Translations under genes and position numbers: made by a program
Shown: one piece after another, positions 36,928 through 51,639 of the stretch
Numbering within the stretch: position 1 is the stretch's first letter
Layout of the letters: each line of letters begins with the position of its first letter
Notes under the pieces: generated by a model
The model's input: the letters and a program-made list of their open reading frames with translations, nothing else
What the model was told of the DNA's origin: nothing
The model's database searches: none
Assembly: GCA_964304625.1 (NCBI GenBank)
Contig: OZ199839.1
Span: 5,584,111 to 5,648,110, forward strand
Direction: 5' to 3'
Source of the DNA: Kudoa neothunni
Taxonomy: Eukaryota > Animalia > Cnidaria
Length of the DNA stretch: 64,000 bases

Positions 36928-39900
36928 ATGTTGTACCCCTATGGTTCGTGGAAGGTGTACGAAGTGCACTCCCACAACCACAACATAGTTCGCCCACAGT
37001 TATCACTTCCCAATGATGAGATAGTTGACATTAGGTATAGTCGAGGTAAAAATTATCTCGCAGTTCTTACCAAAACAATGTTTACCGTGTGGAAAAACTG
37101 AAAGTATGTGCTAATGGGGATTTGTGTGGTGGTGGTGGTAGTAGCTTAGGATGTGATTATGAGGATGTTGCATTTAGCCGAGACTTCAAATAATGACTCT
37201 CACCAGAGATCACACATTTATCGAAACTTTTGGATTTCATTTAATGTTGTGTGGAAAGTGGATGCCACAATGATTGTTATAGTGGGTAGGGCATTAAAAT
37301 ATTACACAGAAATATTGCAGAAAATAACAAAATCTATTTAAGACCGATGAAGGATGGTTCTACTGTACCGGATTATGATTAATACCAATGAGAAACTGTA
37401 TCAACACATTTTCCGATTCATCAGAGTACAACCAAAGATTGATTGCTGGTAGATTTTGTATTGAGTTTAGTTGTGAGCAGGGATATCAACCGATTTTCTT
37501 CATTTGGTTACCCATGTTCCGTCTTCCCGCGCTTCCAACTAGGTATTTCTTTCTCCGGAGAGAATAATACAATCATCCTAATCACTTTTTTCAAGCATTA
37601 TCTCCAGAAAAGAATCCTTTCTAATCAGCACCAACCAAGGTACCTAGAAGCTATGGCTTGGCCTTCAAGCGATGGTCTCATCCATCATAACACTTCCTCC
37701 ATTCGATCGACTTCCAAAGAACAAAATGGTATCCATTTCGACTGATTTTTGTGATCAATTTTAAGTTTTCGAATTTGGTAGGTGATGTTTATTCGAATGT
37801 GTGTATTGTGTCGAGTGATACCAGCCCATGGACTGGATACATTGGATTTGTATTCGATTCGGGCAAATGTGGCCTCATCACATCCCGGTCGACCACATTG
37901 ATAACATTTTTGGCGATACGAGATATAATTTTATTTTTGATCGATGATGTGGATGATGCCACAAAAATATGTGTCAACAGTCGGTTCCAATTTTATAACT
38001 GTTGTTGTAGGAGGTAAGTGTTTACAATTTACTCGCGTCCCTGCGATGTTATTGAAAAATTATTCACTGATATTTCAATGGATATTGGGTTGAAACACTA
38101 TTCTTTTTTAATCCATCTTATAGATTATATAGAAGTGTTGAGGGGGGGGGGGGATTCAAAAATTTGTTAATCTTTAATCTTATTCTTCCATTTTCGGGGG
38201 CTGTCTCGTGAGTTCCTCAAATATTATATTTCAGTAAGCGCTTTAAAAGTTAGGTGTGATTAAATTCGGATCGACCCGCTCATATTAAGTAAAACTCTCC
38301 AAATAATACTCGAGTCACCCCAATGGTTTTTTGTTTTAGTGAGTGGTAGCTAGATCATGATGTTATTTGAAAGAATAAATAATTATAAGTCTCGCCATTA
38401 TTAGAATTTAGAGTTAAGATTTATTGAAATTCATTCGTTGAGGTTAGGGATCAATTACTTGATATTTCCACCCTTTGTTTGAAAATTAATTTGAAATGAA
38501 CCTATTCAAGAATCCACAATATATTTGATGACAATATAATTAATATTAATATTTAAAGATAAATTAGGATTATATAATTAATAATTTTTCATTATTAAGG
38601 AAATCTAACAATATTAAGGTAAAATATTGGATTCATCAAGAGGGATCTTAGTTTTCGATTAAAATCGATTTGATTCGTCTAATTTTTTGAAGAGGGGTAG
38701 TAGTCGGAGAGAAATTGATAGGTTTCTTGTTGAATAGTTCGTCATATAGAAATAGATGGTGGAAAACGAATTAGGCTAGAAATATTACAAATTGAAATTG
38801 TGTAGTTATCTCTACCTACAACCAATTAGATTTTATAAGCACAATTCAATCAAAGAAACATATTTGGTTAAAAAAACATTTCAAAGCACTTCTTCTCTGC
38901 TACTTATTTTTTTAATGCTAGGAAATGGCGAAATTAAAAAATATTTCTTTAATGTTTCTGCTTTCGGTTGTCCTTAAACCGTCAACCGACGCTATTTTTA
39001 TGAGAAATTTTTTTTTAATTTACGTAAATCAAGATCAAGATATCAATATTGCGCCTGCGCGATTTTTAAAGTGGTCGAAATTAAACGGCGATTTTATTCG
39101 TTGGTTTTTTTTCTAAAACGAAAGCGCGAATACGACAACCCTGTTGATAATTAAGACAACTTTGGAATTGATTTAAAAATATTAGTGACAACAATCTTTT
39201 CTTTATATTATTTACAAATTGATTGGTGTAGTTAACACTTTGAGGACTACCTTAAGTTCCACGAGTCCACGCATTTGATTATTTCTAAAATATATTTTTG
39301 TTAAACAAATTTGTTATATTTTATGTATTTTTCCAGAATTTCACCTATTTTAAAAAATATATTATTGTCGATTATTGCAATAAATTGGTAAAAGTTTCAA
39401 ATTTATACTCAAAATACGACCAACGTAACAAAAAAATAATATAGATGGGGTGAGGAACCTATGGTTGCCCTCTAAGGGTTAATGTTTCGATATTTTTAAT
39501 TTAGAATCTTGTAGGATTCAATAGGATTAAAATTTCATTAAGTAACCTTATTTTACATTTTATCAAATAAATTACAGGTTTTATAATATATTTCAGAATA
39601 ATTATATTATTTTGAGATATTTAAGTCAAACTGAATTATAGTAAGATGGAAAATGGGAATAATATTGGAACACGTGATCAACTCATTTTATGTATTTTAT
39701 TGGTGGATTTTGTTAATTGATTAACGATTTTATTCGCAGCGATTATTTTAAACCAAAACAAACACATTATTGATAAATATAAAATAATATTGTAATGGAA
39801 TTGAGATTATTATTTTAATTTTACATATCATAAATTAACACTCGAAATGGATTTTGACAAAATAATGAGACACTGTTTAAAAATTATGAATATTAATTAG

Positions 39901-42900
39901 TTTACCTGATTTAATGAATATAGAAATATTTATATTTTTGATTTACACGTTTATAACTGGATTTTATTATTGGAAAAACATTAGACGCTGCCTACAACAA
40001 AATACTTGGAGTTAAATTAAAAAAAGAAGATTATATCTTTACATAGGGTTAATTTTTATTTTATTTAATAAATCGCAAAATATGTAATAAATAAAACTCA
40101 GCAAAATTTTAATTACTCAATATTCATTATGTATTTTATTCTAATATTGGTATTAGAGACTATTTTTGAATGCTATGGTCCTTTATCGTAACATACAATC
40201 GCCATAGAACTTTCGGATAAAAAAGTTTACCCGCCTTTTTATATATCGATTTTCTAATAATCGCTACATTGATGTAATATCAAAAAATTTTAAATCCCTA
40301 TATTATAAACAATTTGTCACAACATTCTTTTTATGTATACATATATATTACATAGATGTAGAAATTTATAATATAATTCTACTTTTGAGCTCAATGACCC
40401 CTCACTTATAATTTTGTTTTTTATGATAAAAATACTCCATAAGCTTATTATTATTATTATTATTATTATGTTCACATTAGAAATTTTGTGTTAAATTTTA
40501 TATTTAAATTATATAATTGTTAAAATGTTGATTCCACATATGAATAAATATCACGAAAGCTTAAAATGGGTCATGTGATTTTTACAACTTTTATCTTCAC
40601 ATTTACATAAATTGATATTTAATATTAATCATATGTCGGTCTCTAATAGAAGACATTTAAAGAATATTTTCCCTCATTGTATCTTAAATTATTTTTATCT
40701 TTGGTTTTCCATAGAAAAAAAATACGTTGCATAATTGACTTCCTTCGTTTATTGTTTATTTAATGAATTTTACCAATATTGTTTCTATGAAGGAAAATTA
40801 AATAGTTCGTCAAATTTTTGTGTCGATTTGTTTTGTAGTCTAAACTGTTAAAAACTTGGATTAAATATTTTTTTTATTTAGTAAAGTAACTAATCTTTTT
40901 CTCTTTTTTTAATTAAAATATATTTTTTACAAAATTTTTTCTAAATAATTATAAATTCATAATAATAGTGATTTTTTTGACCCCTTGAGTTGATGCGGTT
41001 AATTGTTGTTGTTGTTGTTGTTTGTTGTTGTTGTTGTTGCGGGTTAATGTTTAATTCAATTTTTATTTGCTTAGTGGCAAAATAAAAAGCTACAGATTTG
41101 ACGACAAAACGCAAAAATCTCCTATTCACATACAAATGACTCCTCAAACCGAGCAGCAAATCTTTCAAATATTAATTCTACCCATATGGGTAACAATTAT
41201 AAGTTAACTCCTTCAATAACATTGAATTTTTAAAGGCGCCGTAAAGATTCTTTGTTGGTGCCCCGATTTCACTATTCTTGCCTCGTGTTGGGAGTCGGGG
41301 CATGTAGCCCTCTGGACTACTTTTGGAAGTTTAATTAATTTTGTTACTTTGGGGTATTTTAAAACAGGAACGATTTATTCAAATATTTTATTATTCTCTA
41401 GGAACACCTTCCTTGGCAACAATCCATTTACAATTAACACCATGGTTTGTATTATTGGTTTGTAGTTTTAAATTCTATCCGACTGCTTAGGATTGGGGGT
41501 ATCGACAGTCATTATCTCACAATACATGTTATCGTTGATAACGTTCACTCCACTCAATCTAAAAACCAACACTTTTATGAACTTTCCTTTGTGAAATTTG
41601 ATCAAACAGTTGCCGATTTGGGTTTTCCTTCATGGTTTTAACTATGTTTTGGTGAGCCAAATGAAAAAAAATGTCACACTATCAAGGAAAATATCAGAAA
41701 AAGCACAATATTTCTCATAACAGTTGGTTTGTGCTTAATTTGCCCGAGTTCTATCAACTACACGACATCCACATAAAAACTGTAGCGGTTGACGTAAAAT
41801 CGTTGAATGTAGCAGTGGCCTGTGATAGAGGGTATCTAGTTTACAATTGGGACACCCAAAAATGGCTTAATTCTACTCTAAATCGACAACCCTCAGAAAC
41901 TCTGGTCAATAATTCGTGTGTGTGTTGGTGGCAAGGAGTTTTATTGTTGTCGGTTCTCTACAGTGACACTCCAAACAAATCCCATCTGTTATGTCATATC
42001 ATCAACTCGAAGACCAATGACAATATAGAAATCGTTAAAGAATTTGATTGTGTGAGCGTTTTTCAACAGATCTATCAGAACAACAAATTGATAATTTTTG
42101 GAATGGATTCCAAAGTGCGTATTTTTGATTTGGAAATGATATACCGATAATTCGGATCCTTTGTTGAAAAAAAATGTTTCTCTTGTGGAAGAGAAAGTTA
42201 TTTCACTTGTTGAGATCGTTCCTCATCCTCTCACTCTCATTGATCTGCAATTATATTCGCAAAACTTATATAACACCGCCTCACCTGTAAATAACCCCCC
42301 CACATGAGGTTAGTGGTAATTTGTCCAACGAGCAATTTAAATCCACCATATCTTTGAATTCAGCGTCGTCATCTAGATTTTCTCATTATCTTCTGTTGAA
42401 TATAAGTGGAAATTTGCACAGTGTGTGCGTTAGCGACGACAACTTCATTGATTTGGAACGTTGCCAAATTATAAAGAACTTTGTCGAGTCATTCTGGATA
42501 TTTGAGAATTTTAGATGGTACTTTTGTGGATGGAAAGGAATCCAAGTAGCTCAGTAGATGGTGAAACGATTATTCATACTTTTGATTCTTAGTTTTATGT
42601 TCCTAAAAATGCCGATATTTTGGTGGCTGACGATAAAACAACTTCACCAAATGAATTATCTATTCATGTAAATATCCCTAACACATTCCTATATCCAATA
42701 AGTATGTGTTTTTTCGTGCGAGAATTTGTAACTAAAGAAATTTTTGATGGTTGATAATATGTAGAATTCAACACTAATACTATGTTGATTCATGCCATTG
42801 AAGCGATATCGATGGCGACAACTGTCTGCCAATATACAAACTAAATAATACGGTACATATATACATTTATTTTTAGACTCGTAACTATTTTCTTTCTTTT

Positions 42901-45335
42901 AAGACCACGCTTCTAATGCCAGACATAGTTTTGGATCTTATATTAAATGGGTATGGTGGATTTTTGAATATTATCCATTTTTTTTTAATTAAAAAAAATT
43001 AGTCACGAGACCGAAGCGACTAATTTAATTCAAAATCCTGTACTTTCGATTGAAAATGTGATACACAACCCTCGAGATACTGACGCACAATGTGTTGGTT
43101 GATGATTACACTACCGAAAGTTTTTCTCCAGGTATTTGGATTTGTTAAGTTCGCCTCCGTTCTACCGATCGATTTAGAGGAGGTTATTGAACTTGTGGTG
43201 AAATTTATCAAAAAATTCCCTGAATATCATGAGGTGTTTTGTTACTGTACAAGAAAAAATGAAATGAAGCTTTGGCCGAAATTATTTTCAGCTGTCGGTT
43301 CTCCTGGGAAACTTTTTGTGGTATAGTTTTCCTTATGTTTATTATAATAAAACTTCATTTATTTAGGAATGTGTCGAAAGACAAAAATTTGCAGTAGCTT
43401 CTGCGTATTTGGTTGTTATCAACAATGTTGAGTCTGTTTGTGTGAATAAAAAGGTGATTTAATTTCATGGCATTTGTTCTATGTATAAATTTGTCTTTAT
43501 TAGCTGTATAATTTGTTGTTGATGGAGCTAATGAATCACAAAAAAATGGAAAATATTGCGAGATGTTTTCAGCTACCTTAAAAACACATGTAAACCTAAC
43601 TCTTGTATCCTCCTCTTGTTAACTACTTATTTAACTTAAAAGGTGAAAGTGCTGATTTTGCGACCAATGGAATGGTCGATTCCCCGAGATCTCGTTCTGC
43701 TAGTTATCATGTTTCTTCTAAGGCCAATACGCGATTTCCTCGTGATTCTAATTCTTCGTTGGGAATGAGTATCGATGAACTCTACTCCGAAAGCAAGCCT
43801 AAATTAGCTTTTCAGTAAGTTGTTTATTTTTAGTAATACAAATTTATTTCTCTGCATTTTCATACTTAAAATCCAATAATTTATTTTTCTTTAATCATAT
43901 ATATATATATATATATAAATATTCCATTTATTTTTTTATTTAAACATATTTTTCCTTGTTTAATAAATTTTAAAAAATGTATATACGGAAATAATTGTTT
44001 TTAATCAAAAAAAATTAAAACTAAATTCGCACGCTATGAATTTAATATTAATTTGAAATATCTATGTATACACATTGTTAATATATTAACAAACTTTTTT
44101 CTTGTCTGAAAGACTGTCTCCCTTATTAGTATTGTTTAGCCAAAGCTTTGACAATGGTGACAATATCTACGATGTAACAATAATTTAACTTTTATGTGGA
44201 ATTTTGAATTCGAAATTAGATCGATTTCATCCGTGAGATAATTATTCGCAAAGCTGATGGTTTCCTTAACAATGTTGACATTCTGAGTCTGTCCTACATG
44301 CTGCAAGCTTCCCACATAAACATAAAATCTTTTGTGTTAAAAAAAAGGTATTAATATTTAAGTAAGTGTCAGTGAATAAAACTTACTTTAGCGAAAAATT
44401 CGAAGAACTAGTATCCACTCCCGAGAAAACTTATGATACTTTTTCTAAACTTGTAGTGGTTTTTTCTGATTTTGTCCAGTACTATGAAATGAAACATCAA
44501 AACAAGAGTATTTTTTATTTTTAATTCAAATTTGATGGAGTTATATGCCTCTACAACTTTTGAGAAACATTGTTAATGGCTTGTTTTGATATGAGAAAAT
44601 GTAGATATGATCAGTTCGATTGTCTCTGATAAAACCTACAAAAGTCAACTATCCCAAATTAAGTATATTTTCTGAGTCGAACATTGGTTGAATGGAATTT
44701 TCATTTAAGGGCGTTGCATGGCATCTTTTGTGAGTGCCAACTATTCAAATGGGCGACCTTGTTCACCAATACTCGATTATGAAAGCGTTGAGTTGTTGAA
44801 AAAAAATCTTTCTTCATTGCAAGAAGGCCTCGAAAATAGCTTCAATACACCTCAAGTTAGTTACACGGATGTGGCAGAAATTATTGTTGTTACAATTGAT
44901 AAACTTTTACAAGTGGGAAACGTACTTTCATACAAGTAATTACGTGGTGAAATAATTCACCGTCTAATTTTCTCAATTTACTTATCTCATGTGTCGTTTA
45001 GGTCGCGTTTGTGGAATAACGCCTTAACGTTGAAAGTAAATTTTATACCCAAATGTTTGTCCTATCACACCAGCGTGTCTGAAGATTTGGATTCTACTGC
45101 GGCTTCTCAACCTGGCGGAGGTCTCCTAGCAACCAGCGCCAACTCAATCCCTATGTTTGAATTTGATGGTAACTCTGATAATCTGAATTTTTCTAAGAAG
45201 AGTCTCTCTACCACTAATAATCCTCTCGTGTGCATTGATGAAAAAATCCATGCCGATGACAACTCTACAGCCTCCACATCAATCGAAGATCTCAACACTA
45301 GTCCAAAAAAGCTCTGGCACTGCATCAACTGCTGA
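36928..45335 (+). CDS. RIC1: RIC1 (Rab6 GEF Ric1-Rgp1 subunit), multi-exon, with apparent frameshifts
   Basis: N-terminus MLYPYGSWK; VVWKVDATMIVI; WD-like repeats (LASCWESGHVALWTTFGSLI); RIC1 domain FPEYHEVFCYCTRKNEMKLWPKLFSAVGSPGKLF-ECVERQKFAVASAYLVVI. A ~3 kb intron follows position 38012. Stop TGA at 45333-45335. Confidence 0.9.
39232..39482. mobile_element. piggyBac-type MITE (~250 bp) in the RIC1 intron
   Basis: TTAA-CACTTTGAGGACTACCTTAAGTTCC pairs imperfectly with GGAACCTATGGTTGCCCTCTAAGGG-TTAA. Confidence 0.6.
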
Positions 45336-46083
45336 AGGTCTGAATGATGCGCAAGGGAGATGTAGAATTTCATAGATTTCTTACTTTATTCGCTCCAATT
45401 TCAATTCTCTGCTACGTAGTTATTAGAGCTGTTGCGAAATTTTATTTGTATCCCAATTATTTTATATTTCATCATACATATTGAACTTTTGATTCAATCG
45501 TTCTCTCTTTTATTTATTATGCATTTTTATGAGGGTACAGATTAATTTATTTGATTGGATTTTAAAATAAGATTCTAAAAATTTTCACAAATATAATTTC
45601 TACAAACAAATTAAAAATGGCTAATTTCAAATAATGTTTAGTCTGGCTTACTCTCCAATGCAAAAAATGAATACGGAAGGATGCTAAAAAATATTCCCGG
45701 AACTCACTAAATTAATAAAATTATGTATTTAAATACTAACATATCTATATCTAGATGTTAACGTAAATATTACATTTATTATCTTTTCTAATTATGCAAA
45801 TATCTTTTAAAATAATCGAATATACGGACTTTTGAAATAATTTCACTCATAGAAAGTATATGGGATTCCACCAGAAAAGAAACTATTTAATAATGTATTT
45901 TTTAAAGAAAAAATATATTAGTAAATGCATGATTTTAACAATGCTAATTTTTCATGAAATGTTGAATGGAAAAAATCCGCTGCTAGCTAGTTTGTGAGCA
46001 CATCCAATGCAATGCATTATACTCATTAGTAGAAAATTTTTGCTTGATACTAATATTCGAGAAACAATTATCTCATTTACATA

Positions 46084-46125
<42 letters not shown>

Positions 46126-46981
46126 AAATTCATTTGTTTTATTATCAATAACTATATACAATCCAACAGGGCTCGAACGTAATGGAGTAGCGCTACATAC
46201 GAATTGTTTTTGAATTAATTAATTTATTTATATGGTAGCTAAGTGCATTTATTTTATTATAAATAGTAATTCAATCATTCAAATTTCTTGTAGCTTGAAA
46301 AAAGGAGCGATCACTTGCAAATCGGTTTCACTGTAAGATTGATAGTCGCAGTCGCACTAATGGTTAAACAGCAAGATGCAAATAGAAAATTTGACAATTC
46401 AATAAACGATTGATCAACCGATCAGAAAATTTAAATTTAATGATTGCGAGGAAAACGGGACCTAACATATTTTCAATAAGCATTAAGAAAATTTTTATCA
46501 TTTAATGAGGGCTTCATATTGTGATTTTCAATAAAAAGGGAAGAAAAATTGGCAAGTCACGAAAAATGGGATGCGTTAAAAATTGTAATGAGGAGACGAA
46601 GAAATAATTTCTTAATGAACATTAAGAAAACAATATATTAATTATACTATCCAAATTGATACTTAAGGTAGATAAAAATTTAAATTGCCACAAAATAGTT
46701 ATTATATTATCTAAACTGAATATTTAAGAATGATCACAAAATAATAATTTTTTTAATTTTAACTGTTATAATAAAAAATATAGCAGTTTATTTGAGAAAT
46801 AAATTAACATAATATTTGGAAACCTTTGACGGGGTGTGAATGCACAATACAAAATTATAAAGCAAAATGAAAATAATTAATAAAAATAAGAGAGAGTAAA
46901 CGATCAACCTACAAAAAATTCATCTAGTTGAATTCGGTTCCACTAGGAGGATTGTCACTATTGAGATCAAGCGAGATATGG

Positions 46982-49900
46982 TCAACGGTGGAAAGATGGT
47001 CCTGTGGTTTTTCTGGCATAGAAGTGGTTGAAATCGAGTCGTGTGATAAGTTGCGAAGCACAGGTTGAATAACTGGATTCTCCAATCATCGAGTAAAGTA
47101 TTTGAATGAGTAGATATTTTCGTTTGAGGAATTCCTGAAAAGTTATAGATCAACAGACATCAATTAGAAAATTGCATGTTTACATTTTCCAGTATGTTCC
47201 AAACATCAGGCACAATTTCAACCGTCTTATCAGTCTCTTTGGAGATAACGCTATTGGCGGCACAAATGCAAATTTTCAGCATTCCACTAATAATCTCTCG
47301 AATCTGGTCACAAAAAATGAGCATCTATAATCCAAGCAATACATCAATCAACCTGCTCGTTTGTCTGAAAACACTCTTTAGCGATGTGATCCAGCAAATT
47401 GTTGGCTATAGTATTCATTTGAGGGAATTCGTTAGTATTTAGCATGGAATTTGAGAATTTTTCATATTTCTCCTCAATTACATCTATCTAATTTAACGAA
47501 AATCGATTAGCGCAATAATAATTTGATAATTAATTAAATATTTATAATCGTCATAGGAACATTAAAAAATAGAAAATTAATTTTCTCAATACTTGAATGT
47601 AATATTGTAAACAATCCACGACAAATAACATTTGTCTAAAGACCATCCAGGAGCGGAGATGAGTGGTGGGGCGAGTTTTCAAGTAAAGATACCACGACTT
47701 TTTGAGTTGAATATGGGCTCGTTTAAGATTGAGCAAAAAAACGAAAATTTGATTTAACCTACGCATGCATATATATTTATATAAACTCCTGTATCCTCTA
47801 TAAAATCAAGAATATCTAGTTGTGTGGATATTACCTATCAATGACATTCTCATCGAACACCAACGCAAAAGGCCAAGGAGGATTGTAATCGATGCGAAAA
47901 GAATTAAAGTTTAAGACGCTATCCAATTTAGGTTGAATATTAGGGGTGGACTCATTATTAAGGGAAGCGCTAATTTTAAAGACGTCTAAATATTGGTTGC
48001 TATCAAGACCAACCTTAATAAAATTGATAATGTGATATCACTATTGAATTGAGTAATATAGATCACTTTATCCAAACATATTGAAAAAAGGTTGTTTATC
48101 TCTATATCGATTACATTCGAATAAAATCACAACCGACCGACCATATATACCGTAAAAACAGTTTCCCGTCCTTAATGATCGTTTAAGGTGTTTACTGTTG
48201 AGGCAATCCAAAAACATAACAAATAACTCGCCCCTCGCTAAAAAATACATATCTTTAATCATCTATATGATCGTGAATGTTTATGGATTTGATCGACTCT
48301 ACAAGATTACCAACAGTTGTTGGTTAACGTTGATATCTTGAAGAAATTTGACCCAAAATTTCTATTTTCAAATATTTTCAAATTAGGTTATTACAGTAAA
48401 ATTAGACTATGTGATAATACTCCTGTTATTTGATTGGACATATCGACAATTATATTTTCAAATGGTGAAAAATCGTTCAACAAATCACTCATTTCAAGTT
48501 GATTAAGTTGGTCATAGTAGGAGCTAGTGAACTGTCTTAATTCATTATCTACCACAACGATTATTATAGAAGACGCGTATATCACAGAATAAATCAATAT
48601 ATCAGTATATCAGTTACCAATAATATTATTGTTTGTCCTTTTGGATAGCAATCGAACAGAATATCCAATATAAAATATCTATTCGGTTAAATGGAATTAT
48701 ATATTACGATTATCAACCAAATAATAATTAATTTAGAGGAAAATAAAAATAATTCGTTTAAGCGTTTATTTTTGAAAAGTGGTAATGTAATTTGCGATTA
48801 GATGTCATTGAAGTACATTTGTTTTCTTCAAATATAACTAGAATGAAAAATATCTTTAACTTTTAACTTGGTCAGAAAAAATACTGAGCCTAATTCTTTC
48901 CAACATAATTAATTTCAAAAATCAGAATTTGTGATCATTAAAGTTTCAAAAATCTTAAAAAAGTTTGAAATCGGAAAAATACCAATAAGCAGTTTAGCTA
49001 AAATAAATCAAATCTCAAAAATATTAAAAAATAGTCTTTAAACATTAAAAATTGCTCTATTCTCAGATCAATATTGACCTAATAATGTTTCAAGAATATT
49101 GTTAAATTGATATAATTTATTAAATTAAACGTTAAGTAGATGCTAAAGACAAAATAAATCCTTTAGTTTAAATATGAGCGCGCATACAAATACATGCAAT
49201 CAAATTTTGTGTCTTTAATTTATATTTAGGATAAATTGAGAATGTTGATTACATTGTGAGTGGCATAATACAAATATGCAACTCTATCTAGCTATGTAGA
49301 TATGTAGCTGTGTAGCATAGAGAGCAATCAGACTCAATTAGAGAAATCACAACCGCGCATGCTTTGTTAACATTTCTTCGGATAATCGCAATAACAATCG
49401 AGTAAAATAAAAAACATTACTTACATAAGTGCGAAGTGGAATTAAAAATTATGATCTTTTTTGACTGCGCAATTAAAAGAAAAACCCACCACCGCGTATA
49501 AAAATATTTATATCCACGTGATCATCGAAATCCTCTTTAAAGAAATACGCGCGCGCAATATAAAGCAATGTTGAAGTCGCGTGACATTCTGAAATCGGAT
49601 ATTGTTCATTTCACCTGGTGTAAAACTGCAAAACGGCGTATATCCTAGCATCAATTATTAGAGCGAGAAATATTTGTATTTGATCATGAAATATCAATTG
49701 ACAATGTTTTAGGAATTTTTCGTAAAATAAACTCTCAAATGTGAAGAATTAAATTTATAGTTATACATTTAAACTAGTTATAATAGCTATTTATACGTGT
49801 GATGAATGAATTAACAAAATTTAAATAACGCGCACGCATATAGAAGAATTATGATACAATCGAGCAGACCACCTACTTTATCCGCCAATTTCAAAGAAAT

Positions 49901-50905
49901 AATTGCCTCGGGAACCGAACCCGTATTCACACAGAACGATTCATTGTCCTAAATAATCCTATAAACAACAACAACAACAACAAACCCACCAACCTTCTTA
50001 ACAATAAAATAACCACTCATGTAATCCTCAAATGAGCTATCGAGACACCAACGTATGGTTTGATTCATGAATATTTTTAAAATGTGTTTAAGCAAACTAA
50101 AAATATATTAAATCTCCATTCATACACAATAAATTACCATTTCATAACTTGGGTTAACTCAGCCACACCACAATAACATTGCTGACAAACCAGTGAAATC
50201 AAATGACATCCATTCAACTAAATTCCAGAAAAAGTATAACTCAATAAAATAAATATCGACACGATATTAATTACATCGGCATTAAACCGATAAATAATAA
50301 GCTACTAGAGATAATAGTTTTTAATCTTATAATAATTAATCCTTTTTTATGCGAATTAAAATAAATCACTTCTCTATTGTTTATCATATCCATTATTTTC
50401 GAGAGAAATACAAACAACAATTGATACTAGAATTGAGATTCAAGCGGGAAACAAACAAATGAAATACTTTGCTAACACTGGTAGCAATGAACGAATAACT
50501 TGGTTGGGCATGCTTGAATTTCTAAAATCTATGATTTAAAATTCAAATCAAATCAATCCACATTCTCTATGTAGATCAATTCTTGATAGTAGCGCACTAG
50601 AATTTCATCTAATCCGTTAGCGAATGCCCTCACATACACAGAAACGCCCTCATTGTATGTGGTTTGATCAATAAAATTTTTTATTCGTCTAATATAACCC
50701 CCTATAAGACAAATGGTGGTCATTTGGCTTTTCTCACCAACCGATACACCATCCAAGTTATCTACTATCTAAGTCAAATCTTCGGTCAACACTCATTAAC
50801 ACAACGTTAACTTGTAGTGATATAACGTTTTTGATTTGGATTTTGAGTAAAAATCTCACTCTCAAACCCACAAAGGGCGTACAACACCTCCTCTAATTCG
50901 AGCAT
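46982..50905 (-). CDS. TUBGCP4: Gamma-tubulin complex component 4, multi-exon, with apparent frameshifts
   Basis: N-terminus MLELEEVLYALCGFESEIF; VYVRAFANGLDEILVRYYQELI; IKDMYFLARGELFVMFLD; C-terminal GRIP2 signature SQLITRLDFNHFY; stop at 46982-46984. Confidence 0.88.
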
Positions 50906-51639
50906 GCGCGTTGAATGAGAAAAGATTATTTAAGCCAATAGTTTTCAGTGGTGAAAGTACAAAACTGAAACAAATTGGTTTTTTAAATCAATTCTCTCGA
51001 TGCACAAAAATGATGCCTTTTTCACGCTAACGCATAACAAGAAGAAACGGGGTATTTTCCCATTCAAATTGATCGGATTTTAATTAGTCAATCGTATATA
51101 TAAAACTGATCAAACGAGAAGGTGAAAATACACGAGAAAATTAAATTTAACAATGTAAACGTTATCAGTGAATCACCTCACGCTAGCGCGTATTTCTCGT
51201 TTGTCATCGGCATAATCCGACTTATGCATCGCGAAATATTTGAGTCTCATTTTCACGAAATATTTGCATTTAATTGAAATTTATCTTGTGCATATAATCG
51301 AATATTTATTTTGTATCGATATTAAACCTTAACAAATTTCTTGTTCTATATTACTTCTCATTTACGTGGTACTTATACAATTTCACACTTTTTTAATAAT
51401 ACAAAAATTATTTATTGAAATTTTTAGGTGTAAAACAAAAAATATTGTGCTTCAAGTGAAGTCTTCTAATTAATGGATAAAAATATTCAAACTAAGAAAT
51501 ACAACTTCTTAATTTGCATAGATTTCATTGAAAAATTAACCCGCATTGAATCAACAGCAGTAGTATACTTAATTTAGTTCTTAAATTGTTAGTTGGTGTT
51601 AAAAGCTTCAAAAAAGTTATAAAAACAAAGTTTTAAATA

